Position numbers and translations under genes: made by a program
Shown: positions 43,378-55,458 of the stretch, in pieces
How the letters are laid out: each line of letters begins with the position of its first letter
How positions within the stretch are numbered: position 1 is the stretch's first letter
Assembly (NCBI GenBank): GCA_004764695.1
Contig: SMSO01000031.1
Location: 1,526,436 to 1,590,435, forward strand
Reading direction: 5' to 3'
Length of the DNA: 64,000 nucleotides
Origin: Schizochytrium sp. TIO01
Lineage: Eukaryota; Protista; Bigyra: Labyrinthulomycetes
Notes under the pieces: generated by a model
What the model saw: the letters and a program-made list of their open reading frames with translations, nothing else
Told to the model about the DNA's origin: nothing
The model's database searches: none

Positions 43378-44689
43378 ATTTCTCGCACGCCTCTCCTTCA
43401 TCCACAGCCCAGTCATTTTCCGAATTCTGGTGCTCTGAAGAGCGCCCTTTTACACAGCAAAGAAATCGTCTTCCCTACCCTTCACAACGACATATACTCA
43501 CGAGAACAATAAACTTAAAAAGCCAACCTTGCACTTTTAGCTAAATACCTTTTCTCCACTTGATTTTTGGTCCCTTCTCTTTTGATGTTGAAGCTTTCAG
43601 CGCGAGCGCAATATAGATATACAGATGCCTTTTTTCTTTTCTTTTTTGAGAAGTTAACAGCATTTGTCAAAAGCAAAACCTATTTAGGGGACCTTACCAA
43701 CCAACAAACAAACATTTGCATTCTTGTATTTTTTATATATTTTTTTAATGTAACCATCGGGTACACGTATCGATGAGTAACCAGATGCTGCCTGTGAGTG
43801 TAATAGTTGATAGATATATGAGTTGTCGTGGTTCAAATATAAGGAGACACGCATCTCGAACTTTTGGACTTGGCTGGTAGACGATAAGATGAGTATTCTC
43901 TTCAAAAAGAAATAGCTAAACACTGGTAAACTCGTTCAGCTACGAATTCGTGGGTTGCTATGTTGAGATGTTGATTTGGCCTTTCGCAATAGAAGTGTGC
44001 GGCTTTGTAATTTAGGATAAAGATTCAAATGCAAATGCAAATAAAACAAAGAAAAAAGAAAGTTGCAATGAAGATAGCAGATGCAGATCCCAATACGATT
44101 TAAAGCCAACGAACAAACTAAGACCACAATGACTAAGCATTCTCATTGAGAGTCTCCATACTCGAAATATTAGATAGACATATTGCTTCAATTGTCAATA
44201 TTGAATACATTCGCAGGCAAGAACCTAAGCTGCCACAAGCTTACCTCCTTCGTTTTCAAACTTGCAGTCCTAAGTGAGGATCAGATGATACTTTGTTTGT
44301 CCAAAATCATCATCAAAGGAAAGAATGAAAAATAAAAATAAAATGACTAATAAGAGGGAAAAATATCAAATCGTTTGCCACTCGCCACAAAGCTGCAATT
44401 CACTCGCCGCGCACGCCAGTGAAGTCTTATTGCGGGAGGACTGCAATCGACATCAGTGTAGGGTACTCGATCTGCGGAGATCGAGCTAGGACCTGGCCTC
44501 GTATCTCTAGGGCTGTGCAAGATCAGCTGGTATAGGTTTTTTCTCTGTGCCAATCATTGGTTGTGCGAATCGAAACGAACTCTTGCGCCAGCGAGAGAGC
44601 TTGACGTTGTGCATTCGACTTGCGGTCAGCTGTCTTCTTCTAGAGGTCTCGGTTTCTAGTGTTTTGTATCAGTTTCTCAAACAAGAACC

Positions 44690-45328
44690 ATGGATCGTCA
44701 AAATCGAGCAGGCAATAAATTTGGCGGCGGTGGCGTGCTGTCGGGAGAGCGGGATAAGCTCAACCGCAAGGAGCGCTTGAGGCGCCTTGCGATGGAAACC
44801 ATTGACCTCAATAAGGATCCGTATTTTCTGCGTAACCACTTTGGCACGTACGAGTGCAAGCTTTGTTTATCGCTTCACACCACCGAAGGCAACTATCTCG
44901 CTCATACTCAAGGTCGCAGGCACCAGACAAACTTGGCGAGGCGTGCTGCACGTGAAAAGAAGGACACGGGGCCGGCTGAACGGCCGGAGAAAGTTGAGAT
45001 CAAGAAGACCATCAAAATTGGCCGACCTGGATACAAGGTAACTAAGTTAATCAAACCAGATACTAATGCCCGCGGACTGAGCTTTGAGTTAGTTTATCCT
45101 GAAATTGTTGACGGTCTTCGGCCACGCCACCGCATTATGTCTGCGTTCGAGCAGAAGATTGGACCTAAGGACCCAGCATTCCAATACCTTTTATTCGCTG
45201 CAGAACCTTATGAAACAGTTGGTTTTCGGATCCCGAACAAGGCTCTAGACAAGGGCAGTTTTGACTCCTCATGGAATGCAGAGGGGAAAATCTTTACCCT
45301 CACGTTCTACTACGAGATCGATGCGTAG
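44690..45328 (+). CDS. SF3A2: Splicing factor 3A subunit 2 (SF3a66/Prp11)
   Basis: MDRQNRAGNKFGGGG, RKERLRRLAMETIDLNKDPYFLRNHFGTYECKLCLSLHTTEGNYLAHTQGRRHQTNL, KIGRPGYKVTK, RPRHRIMSAFEQK, QYLLFAAEPYETVGFRIPN. Confidence 0.97.
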   Translation: MDRQNRAGNKFGGGGVLSGERDKLNRKERLRRLAMETIDLNKDPYFLRNHFGTYECKLCLSLHTTEGNYLAHTQGRRHQTNLARRAAREKKDTGPAERPEKVEIKKTIKIGRPGYKVTKLIKPDTNARGLSFELVYPEIVDGLRPRHRIMSAFEQKIGPKDPAFQYLLFAAEPYETVGFRIPNKALDKGSFDSSWNAEGKIFTLTFYYEIDA

Positions 45329-48300
45329 GAAGTCTTTGTTATGTGGGCTACAGCGTGAAATTAGCCAGAGGAAACACAATTAAGCAACTTCTGCATTGTA
45401 AGCTATGACCTGGTTGCGTAGCAATACGACTGCTCCAAAACTTATTTCTTTGTGGTTGAACGAGGAATTCACGATGGTTTTCCTCCTTAGAGCCAACTTT
45501 GCATGTTGGGGACTTCACGCCAACAGCTAGCTTTGAGGCACTCGTTAGTCTGCTTCTACTACAGTAGACCATCTCATACGCGTCTCAACATTGAGAGAGC
45601 TGTGACCTTTGCCCTTGCAATTTTTCTGATGATAGATATATATATCTATTTAGTGAGGTGAGGACTCTAGTTGGGACTATCTCTACAAAAATCGAGTCGC
45701 GGGTTTTTGATGGATTTCTTTTTTTCCTGGTTTTGTTGTTCGCTGTGTGCTTTGGCAAGCCAATTCAAGGGACTCATCCCTCCTTTTTGAGTTCGTTTGC
45801 GACCAAATGCAGTCCAGCAGCGAAATAAACCACTTTGGTGGTCTAGAGTAAAAAAAAATCATGCAAGTGCTTGGAAGGCTGCAAAGTTGAGGGTAAACAA
45901 ACAATTTTTACAACTCACTGATTGTATAGACAACTGATGCGAAGCTACTGGACCACCCAACTTGCATTGTGGTGAGAAGGAAAACCTATTGTTATTCGTA
46001 TAACTCTAGCACATTGAGTTGAGATGCTCATTTAGGCGGTCCTGATGTCTCAATATCAACTCGACCGTGATCATCAACTCTCGTTGGCGGGACAGTGAGC
46101 TTCTTTTCTCCCCATTTCAGAAGCTGGCCAAGTGCTGCTTCGCTTCAAAAGAGCACCATCATCATCCATGTTGTATTAAATAAACAAAATAAATAAATAA
46201 TATCTGAAAACTCGCACCACGAGTTTTTACTTATTCTTCTGCAAGCGCACTTTTTTAGAATGAAAAGAAGACTACCTAAAAGGACAGCTTCTCTGAGCAC
46301 CACACACACCCTCCAGAAGACCCCCGCTCGGAGCTTCTTCGAGTTCCCTGGGTCTGTCACAGCTCGCGAGCGAGCATGTTCGCGCGAGCTGATGCAGCAG
46401 CAGCAGCAGTGGGAGCAGTGGCAGCAGATAGCTCGAAGTAGCTACGACCATTGCTTGTTTTCGTAGATACGCATTAGGCTGAAGTCTTCTTGGGTTCATC
46501 GAGTGGTGTAGTTTCTCGCACCCAATTGTAGTAGCAGCGCAGGTGACCATCCCCGTCAAACGCGAACAGACATGGCGAAACTTGAAGGGCATTGCAATAG
46601 CAAGTAGAAAGCAAGCTGTGCAAACCGCCTCCCATACCTCGGCGCGTATAAAGCAGAAGGATGAATGGGTCCACGATTGATGAATAAATGAAAACGGGAT
46701 TTGATGAATGGGCGCTACTAAGCATAGACCTCTTTCCTCAGACGTGAAGGCAACCAATCTAAGCCTTCATTTGCTTTGACGTGACGAAAGCGAGAACAGC
46801 AGTTTGCTGTCATCCAGATACCGGTTGGTCGTGCTGGTTGTTGATGATCACTAGAAGGTGTGCCCGAGTTGATTGTTAGATTTTTAACATTGAGAAAATA
46901 TTTGCACGTGCAGCCTTCCTGACATGCGTTCAGATGATTGAGGCAAGTGCCAATCAGCTCAGTGGTTGGCGGGTTTTGCAGAAATTCGCAGAAAGGAGCC
47001 TCACCAATTTTGGGCTTTCCTTCTTGTTGGAATCAACTTCGCAACAAAAGGGTGAAGGTTTCAACTTCTTGGTGGTCCATTGAATATGTATTTCTCGCAC
47101 GGGATAATACTCACCCAGACGAGAAGCCACTGTTCAACTACTTCTCGACACGGAAGGATTATCTCGTGGTGATCATGTACTTACGATGGGTGATAACTGA
47201 GTGTTGACTCTTCATGGTGTGTAGCTTGGACAGCTCAAGAGTGAAGGGTGAGTCGATTTGAAGTCAATCGAAGATCCATTCCTCCATCCATTCCTGCGTT
47301 CACAAGTTTTTATAGTTCTGCGTGTGTGTTTTTTTTTTTAAAGCTAGCATCAAAGGCACTTTTGAGCTTTCTTCAAATGGCGAGAGGGCATTTGAAGTTC
47401 ACAGAATCGTGGCTGGGATCTTGATCATCTCGAGAGACAATCAATCGTCATGCCGAAAAGGCAACATTTTCATTAAATTATATTCACAATCAACTGAGAG
47501 ACCACGTGTTGAAGGTGTGAGAAGAAAAAGTGGGCTCAGACAGGACACACACACATACCTTAATTCCCCGTCACTGATAATTTAACAATACTACCCAAAC
47601 GCTAAACTTTACTTCTCATTGTTTACCCGTGTGATACCTAAATGTCCGCCACTGCGTAAATTGAAGTGATTGCCTTGAAGATTTTACACTCCATTCCCCG
47701 CAGCTTCTCCCTTCGTCCACTGCGTTAATTGATGGGTTCGAATCATCCTCTGTAATCATGGGTATTCTGAAAATAAATTTTCATTTCTCCTCATAGCACA
47801 CTGGATACTCTCCCTCTGTGAAGTCTTCAGTGGTTAGGAGGGTGACTTCGGAGCTCAATATTCAGGTTGGAGGAACTCCGTTGAGAGGAAGAAAGAAAGA
47901 GCCTTTCCGAAAGAGAGGAGGGAAGGAAGAAAAGGGAGAAAAGGAAACAAAGAAAGAAAGAAAGAAAGAAAGAGAAGAGAAAGGGTGAATAATCGATCGA
48001 TCGATCACTCTCGCACTTTCAAGTTCTAGCTTTTACATTAGCTGCCCTTATAGCGGGCTGTTCTTAAGTTAAAACAAACTTCTGTACAGCTATAACACTT
48101 ATTTTAAAAATAAAAATAAAAACTTAAAAAAAAAACTAACTTCGAAATGAATAGAGAAGTTAAGATTAATAGATTATCTTAACTGCCTCCGTTTCTGGTT
48201 TTGGTTTTGGTTCTTCTTAGGAGCATGGAAAACTACCCCATCAGCTCACATTACACGACTCAACACCGACCTGAGGTTTTGGGATTATCAAAGCACGTTT

Positions 48301-50567
48301 GGACAGGGCTGTCCTTGGATTTCTTTTGCTGATTTCAATTGCCGGCACTCGAGGCGATTGATCGATTGGCTTATCGATCGATCACCGAAGAATTAAGTAA
48401 TCCTCTCACTCAATCTATCAACTCTCATTGCCAAAGAATCGACAAATACACATAAACATCATCAATCTCACAAAGGTAGTTTTTCATGACATCTCCATCT
48501 TGAAAAGCGATAAAGCTCTCGCTTGACTTTGCGTGAAGGCACACCGAGCGGGGCTTATCGAGGGAGGGAGTAGATCGAGGTTTCCGACGTTCTTCTCGCT
48601 CGATCGACCGACCTGGCATGATTTTACAGAGTTCTTGGTGCATGGATTATGATCAGGTTTGTAGTGATCATCGTTGACGCCTGAATAAGCAGTCAACCAA
48701 TCAGTGCAACCATAGACAGCTGTGATCAAGAGCTTGAGCCTGTAATGAATGCCTCGACTGACAGCCATCCTGCCGACCCATAAGAACAACAACGACAGCT
48801 GTGATGACAACGACGATGGTGAACGATAAATGCCACCTAGCTTCAGACAAATGTCCAAAAGAATCGCAGAGAACCCAAAGGAGGTACCTGAGTGAGTGAG
48901 TGAGTGCAACACAGACTACCACCCCCCCTGCCTCCTACGGAACACTAGGTCCTACATAGGCTTTCCAACTGACTTCTCTCTTCTTTCGATTCCCTTCAAA
49001 GTTTCTTTCATGACAATCGATTTTCTTATGAATATTGTTTCCAATGACAATGACAATGACAATGAAAATGAAAATGAATTCTAAGGCCTTTCTAAGCAGC
49101 TCTACGTCTTCTTGAGCTAACAAGCGAAGAATGAGTTATGAATTAACAACAAAGAAACAAAGAAACAAAGGGATCAATCAATCGACGAAAGTGGAGAACA
49201 TCGAAACACATCATACTATGCTAAGAGTAGATCGAACTGACGAACCTCCTCAACTGAAAAGAACAGGCACAGCAAAAAGAACAAAAAAAATAAACTTAGA
49301 GATGAGATCGATCTATCTACAATTAAATAAACCAGTGCCACTCAACAACCACGGCTCATCGCTGCGATGGATAGGTCCGTCAAGGGAGGGATCAGCGAAC
49401 GAAGACGTCGAAGAGACCATTTACTAATCTTCTCTACAGAGTCAGCAGGTATATACAGTGGAGTAGACAGCCAGGTGCCCAGAACAGTTTCTGTCCAGGA
49501 GAACTGATTGTGATTGATATCAATCAATCAATCAATTAATCAATCAATCAATTAATCACTCTCTCACTCACTCACTGACTGACTCTTAGGTACTCCTATT
49601 TGATAGACTATGCACCTGTGAGCAGGACTGCAGAATAAGAGTCACTCGCTCGCGGGGTATCGAGTAGATAGGGGTTTGGCTAGGAGTAGTAGGTAGGTTC
49701 TTAGTATGGGGAGATAAAGGGAAAGTGAAAAGGCGGATATAAGTTGTTTATTTGTTTATTTATTTATTTATCATTCATGGCTCATAATAGGATGGAGGGA
49801 AAACATCCTTCCTTCGCTCGCTTTGTTGCCTTCGCTCACTCTGTTTCTTTCGCGCCTCACTTGACAAGCAAACTCTTATCATCCCCTCTCCTTCTGAATG
49901 AATGAGCGAATGAGCGAATGAGTGAATGAATGAATGAAAAGGTAATTAATTAATTAAATAATGGTTAGTTTTTATTAAAAGGAGATATATGAGTGAAGAA
50001 GAAGTGAGTCTTTAGAAATAAAAATTGATTTTTCAATTCGATTGAATGATCGAAAAGCTTGACTCCTCAATCCGTCAACTCACTCGAGGCCGTCTCGTCG
50101 CCGCTTGCGTCCCGTCGCTGGCGCGTGGATACCTGGCGGGTGCCTGCGTGGACAGACAGCTGTTGCTTGAGGGGACAGGAGTGCGAGCGATTCGTAGTTG
50201 TCTCCGGGGAAGATCGAAGAAGAGGACGCGGAGCCCATTAGGTCCTGGCTAATTCTGTCTTTTGGTCTCTGAGGATCGATTTAGTGACTCGTTCGTTCGT
50301 TCGTTCGTTCGTCTGCTCGCTCGTCGGTTTGGGCTGGCGCCAGAGACCTGCTTGCCTGCCTGCCTACCTGGGTGTAAGCCTCGCGAGACGTTAGAGTCGT
50401 GGAGAGCGCGCCTGGGAAGAGGTCGCTGAGGAAGGCGCAGGAGGAGAGACAAGGACCTGTCTTCTTGACTCGTTCTTTCCTCTTTCTTTCTTCTTTCTTA
50501 CGTTCTTTTTTTTACTTTCTTTTTACTTTCTTTTTCTTTCTTTTCGTGCGATTGCGGAAAGAATACC

Positions 50568-52395
50568 ATGGGCGCGTGTAAGTTGCTGGTGCTGGTGATG
50601 GCGATGGCGATTGTGCTACGCGCTATCAGAGTCGATGAGTGAATGAAAGCTTAGGGTGTGATGGCTAACTGGTTGATTTTTATGATGTTTAATTCACTTC
50701 TTCCTGGGTCGGGATGGGCGATACGCGGATGATTGATTTCTTTTTCTTTCTTATGGTTTCCTTCTGGTTAAAACAACTCTTGTTCTGTCGTTGTGGGCTT
50801 GTTCTGTCGTTCACTGGTTCTTGTGATGCTGTGGCGATGGTCGCTGTTGGCTGGCTGGGCTAATTCTCTTTGCATTCACTCCCCTCGCCGTCACAACTAC
50901 TTACTCTTATGATGTCCTCTGTCTGTTTTTATTTTTCTGTTTTTTTAATTCGCGCGTGCCGTTCAATATGGTTCGCTTGTCACTTATGGTGTGTACACTT
51001 ATTATGCGGAAATCGACCTGGCATGCATGGTGAAATGATGGTTGGAATGGCAACGCGACTTCGTAACCTTATGCTTGCTCCTCTTTTGTTTACGGGTTGT
51101 GGAAATTGCGGACACGTATGGCCGACCAAATGGTGCTCATATGTCTTCCATCATCTACTTATTGTTGTAATTTATTCCTGCTGACGATAACGGTGATGAC
51201 GATGGATTAATTTAATTCATGCTCGTTGCTATGCACAGGCGGATCAAACCTGAGCGAGGCGGAGTTCCAAGAGAAGAAGCGTGACCAGGAGATTGCACGC
51301 CAAAATGCTCGCGACCGCACCAAGGACAAAAACCGGATCAAGCTTCTCCTCCTCGGAGCTGGTGAGAGTGGCAAGAGTACCATTTTCAAACAGATGAAGC
51401 TTTTGTACGGTCAAAATAAGGGCTTTACCGACTCAGAACTTTCGAAAGCAGCCTTAACAATCTACTCCAACGTCATTTCTGACTTCCAGGAGGTCCTCAC
51501 TCGCTGCGCAGAATACGGTCCGTATGATCCTGATCTGAAAAAGTCAGCCGAAGCTATCCTCCTCTTGCCGTACGAGGCACCAACCGCTTACATTGACTCC
51601 TCCATCGCATCTATGATGAAGGAGCTCTGGGAGGACGAAGGTGTCCAGCAGACATGGAGCGCACGTTCCAATTTTCAGGTTCAAGATGCCCTTGCAAACT
51701 ACATGGCCAAAATTCAAGAGATTGGTGAAGAGGACTATGTCCCTACTACACAGGACGTCTTGCTTACCCGCGTGCGTACATCTGGTATTGTAGAGGACCA
51801 CTTTCTTATTGAAGGCGTGGAGTTTGTAATGTTCGACGTTGGTGGCCAGCGTAATGAGCGCCGAAAGTGGATTCACTGCTTCGAAGATGTCACTGCGGTC
51901 ATCTTTGTTGCCGCCATCAACGAGTATGATCAGGTTCTGTACGAAGACAACAAGGTCAATCGTATGGATGAGGCTGTGATTCTGTTTGAGGAGATTTGCA
52001 ACTCAAAATGGTTCACGCATACTTCAATGATCCTATTCCTCAACAAAGCTGATCTTTTCCGCGAGAAGCTCGTTACCAGTCCGTTTCGTGTTGACGATGG
52101 CCCTGAGACTCGCTTTGTAGACTTCCAGGGTCCATTTGTAGAGCCTGGTACATCCAGTGCAATTATTGGAACACCCGAGTACGAGTCTTGCTACGAGGCC
52201 GCAGCCGACTATTGCCTGGAGCTCTTTGTTTCTCGTAAGAAGAACCCGAACAAGCGTGTTTACCATCATATCACCACAGCCACGAACTCCCGCAATATTT
52301 CAACGGTGTTTGATGCGTGTCGTGATATCATCCTCAAGACCAACCTCATGGCTGGTGGCTTCTTTGATTCCAACGATAAGGGTAATGTTCTCTAA
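50568..52395 (+). CDS. Heterotrimeric G protein alpha subunit, paralog 1 (2 exons)
   Basis: Micro-exon 50568-50577 (ATG GGC GCG T) followed by GTAAGT. Intron 50578-51238 ends in CAG. Exon 2 is 51239-52395, giving MGACGSNLSEAEF... Motifs GAGESGKST, RVRTSGI, DVGGQRNERRKW, LFLNKADLF, TTATN. 388 aa. Confidence 0.95.
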
Positions 52396-54231
52396 ATTGA
52401 GAACATATTGCTCCGCCGTCCTGTGCCACACATCTCCTTTTCTCCTAGATCTACTCTCTCTCTCTCTCTCTCTCTGTTGTGGCCCCCCATCCATTTTTTT
52501 GATTTCCTAAGCGAGGCAAGACGTGCACCGTTGAGCATTCTCAATGCTGTCCATCGTGCTCTCTTCTCTCCTAGCTGTGAGACGAGAGTACTCTCAAGCC
52601 TCCGGTGATAATATGCATCCTTATACAACATTGTTCCTCACACAGGTTGCAAATCGATGAGCCTGCTGTGCTGAGCGTTAGCCCTACTTTGGCTGCGTGT
52701 TTAGGTCCCGAACTTTCTTCTCTTTCGAAGCAAAAACATAAAAGAGAGTAACGAGACGATAGGAGTGTGGAACTGCTGGCGTAGGAGTGAAGAAAGAGGT
52801 ACAGACTATCCTTTGTACACCTTCAAAATGCCGTCGGTACTTTGTAGGCACCCTCTGACTTTGTTCTGCAGAATCACCCTTTGTTGTTTTTGTTGTTGTT
52901 GTGGCAGCTGTTGGTGTTTAGGTACTGCCGTCAAGAAGATGCTGAAGGCACCCTTTTGCTCGGTGGCAGGCAGCTGACCTATCAAGCTTTTTAGCGATTC
53001 ACCTCGTTTCTCGCGTTTTAGCTTCCCATCTCTTGTTTTTTTTTCTCTCTTTCCTCCCTCTTTTCATTCTTAGATATTTCCCATCTATTTCTGCCTTTTG
53101 TTCGGTCATAACCTACTTCGTTACAAGGTCGTGTGAATCACAAAGGCAAGATCAACTTTTGTCCGTAGCCAGAAATCCCTTCTAAGAGGAAAAGTTTTGT
53201 TTTACATGATAACTATATCACTTCAATCACCCATCTATCTACCCTACTGATGTATCTGCAGAAGTTCTTGCTACCAAAGTCTTGACTAGAGCTTGTATAG
53301 TCCTTCTATCTACAAATAATTATCCAAAACCGAGATTGTGTTTGAGACTATGCTCTTGCTCGTAAAAACTCGGATCAACATTTCGATGAAGACACGACAT
53401 TTGTCTATTTTGTTCAAGTCAAAAAGTCGATAGAATTTAACTGTAAAGCACGCTACATGGTGCATATCTACTTTGGAAACTCAGATTGTCGCTTTAAAAC
53501 TTACACAAGTTTGGGTTGAAATATGAGTCAAAATACGAAATAAAACGGGTAAAATTTCGACGCCTCTCCAAAATGTTGTACATATTCCCTTCTAAAAGAG
53601 ACAAAGATAATTATGCGCAAACTTTGAGCCTTATTATTGAGAAGAAAAAAAATCGCTCGCGCACCCCCAAATGCTAGTGTTACCAATCAAATACATTGGT
53701 GACTCTATTATCATAGGCTAAACGAACATATTTGTGATGTTACATTCTAAGGCTGCAGCCGAAGTAAATTCTGAAATTTAATTCTAGAGTAGCTCCTCAA
53801 GATTTAATTGTGCTTGAAATCAATTCTGCAGTGGTTGCATATGGAGTTTTGAGCTTGGCGCTTTAGTTTAAGTTCAACAGACAAACTGACATTTGGAAGA
53901 TGACATACGAATGAACGTCAATGTACGAAAGATAGAAAACACAAAAACAAGATGAATATTTAGTTTTTACAACCCTACCGGCCAGAATTAATGCACGCTG
54001 CTTGATATTGTTCACATGGGGAAATCAGCGCCACTGGAAATTTGAGGCAGAGCACATGATAAAAACTATTCAGGTAGAAAAGAAGAAGAAGAAGAAGAAG
54101 AAGAGGGGATAGAGGAAACATGAGCGAAGGTACGCGGCGCAACACAGAGCGAAGCAGAACTCCTACAGCTTGCTACGCACACTGTTAGACGGGAAAAGGT
54201 TTACAAATAGATGAATAGAAAGCTCTTTCTG

Positions 54232-55458
54232 TCATACAAAGCATTGACTTTGGACGAGTGCTTGAGTAATGATGGCATCATGGAGAACCCTGAGAATGTA
54301 CTGCATAGGTGTTGTATCTGTAGCATCGGTGACGTGAATATGTATATCTCTGTGTACTGGACCAGAATTTCCCGCTTCACGGTATAAGCCCTTAAGGTAC
54401 CGTGTAGTTGCGCGATAGACATGTTCAAACTCTGTGGTGCCATCTATAGCTGATGGAGTACCAGGCTCTGCAACTGGGCCATTGTAGTTTTGGTTTCGAG
54501 CGTCTGGTCCTGTTTCAATTTTGAAGGGGGTGTATTGAAGTTTTTCCCTAAAAAGATCACGTTTGTTGAGGAAGAGAATAATGATGGAGTTGTGAAACCA
54601 CTTTGACTCGCAAATCTCGCTGAAAAGTCGCAGAGATTCTTCTTGACGATTCACATGATGATCTTCTTGTAACGTTTGATCATATTCCGATATTGCGGCA
54701 ACAAACAGAACTGCAGTGACTTGATCAAAGCAATGAATCCATTTCTTGCGTTCACTGCGCTGGCCACCAACATCAATAATTACAAATTTGGCACCCTTCA
54801 CATCAAAAGTGGTTTCTGTGATTCCCCTCGTGCGCTGACGCACAAAAATCATATCTTGATTACTTGGGAGATAGTCTGGTTGGGCGATGCGATCAATATG
54901 ATTTAGAAACCACGAAAGCGCATCCTGTAGCTGGTATTTTGATCTTCGTGTCCAAAAGCTCTGCACACCAGGATCTTTCCAGACTTGTTTGAAAGCATGA
55001 CCAAGTTTCTCATCAATCTTCGCTTTGTCGTCGACAGAGAGGATTTTCTGTACTAGGGTTTGGTCTAAAGATGTATTGTTTGATTTGCACTGTCGAAGAA
55101 GCTGCTTGGTGGACTGAATAGTAAATTTGTAGATCAATTTGATTGCATCTTCCCGCTCCTCATCGGAAAATCCAAGCCGGTCAGGCCCATACATTATTTT
55201 CATTTGATTAAGAAGGGTTGTCTTGCCAGATTCCCCAGAGCCTAGCAAGAGAATTTTGATAGATGGCTCTTTGTGAAACGACCTGTGTATATTTGCCCAT
55301 TGAAATAAAAGCATCATTAGTTTCCCCTTGTTTTTCTTTGTTTGTATTGGTAATTGGGAGCAAAGTATCTTCACTTACATTCTCATGCTTTGCTCAATCT
55401 CCAGGTTTCGCTTATATTCGAGCTTCCGAGCATGTACTTGGCTTGAGCACGCCCCCAT
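54232..55458 (-). CDS. Heterotrimeric G protein alpha subunit, paralog 2 (divergent; 2 exons)
   Basis: Exon 1 is 55458-55379 (MGACSSQVHARKLEYKRNLEIEQSMR+AT), followed by GTAAGT. The 96-nt intron 55378-55283 has a CTAAT branch site and CAG acceptor. Exon 2 is 55282-54232. Motifs GSGESGKTT, RQRTRGI, DVGGQRSERKKW, LNKRDLF, TDATD. 376 aa. Confidence 0.92.

Noticed and set aside
46260-46466. 68-aa ATG ORF with a short polyQ
   Set aside because: Short, with no recognisable motifs and no supporting splice or codon evidence.
47715-47750. GGTTCGAATC T-loop-like word suggesting a tRNA
   Set aside because: No acceptor stem, D-arm or anticodon arm could be folded around it.
54232-54250. C-terminal SQCFV of G-alpha 2 as a CaaX or pertussis-toxin site
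   Set aside because: The Cys is at position -3, not the required -4.
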